From: Vermamoeba vermiformis
Taxonomy: Eukaryota
NCBI GenBank assembly: GCA_045837725.1
Contig: JBEWZL010000265.1
Location: forward strand, 62,001-83,667
DNA: 21,667 bases
Reading direction: 5' to 3'
Part shown: positions 20,201 through 21,667 of the stretch, piece after piece
Layout: every line of letters starts with the position of its first letter
Position numbering within the stretch: the first letter of the stretch is position 1
Translations under genes and position numbers: made by a program
Notes under the pieces: generated by a model
Database searches by the model: none
Seen by the model: the letters and a program-made list of their open reading frames with translations, nothing else
What the model was told of the DNA's origin: nothing

Positions 20201-21301
20201 GTCCAGTACAGTGTTCTAAAGTCACCTTACCCTCAACGAGACTTTATTGATATGCTAAATGACCCTCAAGACGGTGATGATGCAATTGGTGCCATTGATC
20301 CAAGCCCTGTCATTGGAGCTAGATGCTTCCCTCTGCCTAGAAAGTACCTGCGACTACTTCTACCTGATAAGATGTGGGATGCACTACCAACTGTGCTTCA
20401 AAGAATGACCATTGTTATTGCCAATCCCCAAAATATTTCAAACATATCAATGCCTGAATCTGAATTGCAAACTATCGCTGCCAACCTGCTCAATTTGCTA
20501 TGGAAAGATATTTCGTCAATTATTGGTGCAGAAAATAACGCATGGCTCAGTGTTGCTGCCAGCAAAGAAACAATGCCTTGTTTCCCTGGGTCCAAAGTGC
20601 AACACATCGTGGATTACAGCAGCATCACCCCAATGAAGTTCATTAATTTGATTTGCAGTTACTCTGGACCACAAAGTTTCAATTCTCACAGCCTTCACTA
20701 TTTGAAAGCATGGAAATCAATACGTGAAGAAGTCATTCCCGAGATGAACAAACAAGCAAAATTAGTTTGCCCTCAGGCAGATAGCCGTATTCCTTATCTT
20801 AGTGAGCAGCTCATCATGATACAATTAGCAAAACAAATAACAAAGCTTGATTTGAGGATTTTGCCTTACCCTGGCATCAACCATTTTTGGACGCATCGCA
20901 TGAACGATAGCTCAACGTTAGTTTGGTGTTATTGTTACAATGATGCCACAACTAAACTTGAAACGCTGACAGATGATCAAACAATCAGCCTTTTTGGAGA
21001 TCAGCCAATATTTGACTTCACGTTTTACCGCGCTTTGGTGCACACGGTTGTCTACAATAACCCTCACTTCAGCAAGTTTTCAGCAAAAAAAGAGTTGGCC
21101 CTGCACTGTTTGTTTCACTTGATATCACACCCAGGAAGCAAGGCCAAGAAACCAAGGTACTCACAAGGAAGTTTACGTGACAAAATTCTTGAAACTGGTT
21201 TGTTCGATGAAACCCGTTCAGCAAAGAAGCGTGGGGGGTTTATGCCAAAGTCAGACAGCGAATTATGGCAATTGTATCTCAAATTTGAAAATAAACATTA
21301 A
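17236..21301 (+). CDS. Large hypothetical protein (over 1100 aa of spliced open frame) with no obvious start codon of its own
   Basis: Exons 17667-18079, 18129-18267, 18313-18578, 18632-18738, 18786-18954, 19007-19168, 19218-19936 and 19989-21301 join without stops (1095 aa). Phase-0 exons 17236-17292 and 17382-17438 extend it upstream and share the STIFS repeat. The first in-frame ATG is only at about 18006. Confidence 0.85.
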
Positions 21302-21667
21302 AACTGTGGCTAACTTTGAAAAATAAACAACTCTGTTGTTGCTTTACTCTGCAGATTACCCAAGCATTTAAAGATTCCTATCAAAGACCTAGCATCACTT
21401 ACACGACTTTGTGAATGCAACAATGTGAAGGGCAATCATTGTAAAAAATAGTAAAAAGTTCAACTGTTGAGAATGTAAGGCAGTGTGCATGGCAGCGGTT
21501 CTGGATCTCAGCTTAAACATTTTAGAATCAGCTCATACTTGAACCATAGCATACTCATATGAATTGTTATTGATCCACACCATATTTGCAAAGATGGCAT
21601 ATTTACATGCTTTGACGCATCTGGCTAGCCTCTGGATCTCAGAGCCATGATATCATATTGATGAATC

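Larger units (their letters stand above)
7213..21667. mobile_element. Putative large DNA element (left arm, at least 14 kb; class unassigned)
   Basis: Inferred from the sharp junction truncating the upstream gene, a second diverged copy of the junction sequence at 3008, about 3 kb of repeat-rich subterminal DNA, a private palindrome family spanning 9404-17626, and unusual cargo-like genes. No mobilising enzyme or right end is visible. Confidence 0.5.

Noticed and set aside
21498-21645. TCTGGATCTCAG repeated twice near the window end
   Set aside because: Only 12 bp and two copies, too little context to interpret.

Overview
AT-rich eukaryotic nuclear DNA, probably from a protist-grade organism (species not identifiable), with mostly 42-61 nt introns. 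The ORF track therefore shows only exon fragments, and all gene models below were spliced by hand. Left part (1-5100): the 3' end of an unknown gene, an 8-exon synapsin C-domain gene with one GC-AG intron, a CpG-stripped pseudogene, several small hairpin repeats, and an intact minus-strand F-box-like gene that appears paralogous to the pseudogene. Middle (5260-7212): a GC-rich spliced gene of unknown function surrounded by its own family of about 27-bp palindromes and apparently cut off at about 7212. From 7213 to the window end lies what I infer to be the left arm of a large mobile element. It has a duplicated terminus-like 38-mer, a roughly 50-bp-period array of 16-bp GGTTCC-N4-GGAACC palindromes with covarying stems, and a 16-exon gene of about 1156 aa fusing a Zn-finger-like motif, a ParB/Srx-like domain, a Q-rich linker and a degenerate JmjC plus KDM6-type Zn module. 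It also carries a very large downstream gene whose 5' half has a nonsense codon and a probable frameshift. The most interesting hypothesis is a ParB/parS-like protein-site pair coupled to a chromatin-reader domain on a eukaryotic giant element. No transposase, recombinase, capsid, rRNA, tRNA or CRISPR array was recognised. All family calls come from motif recognition by eye, not from searches.
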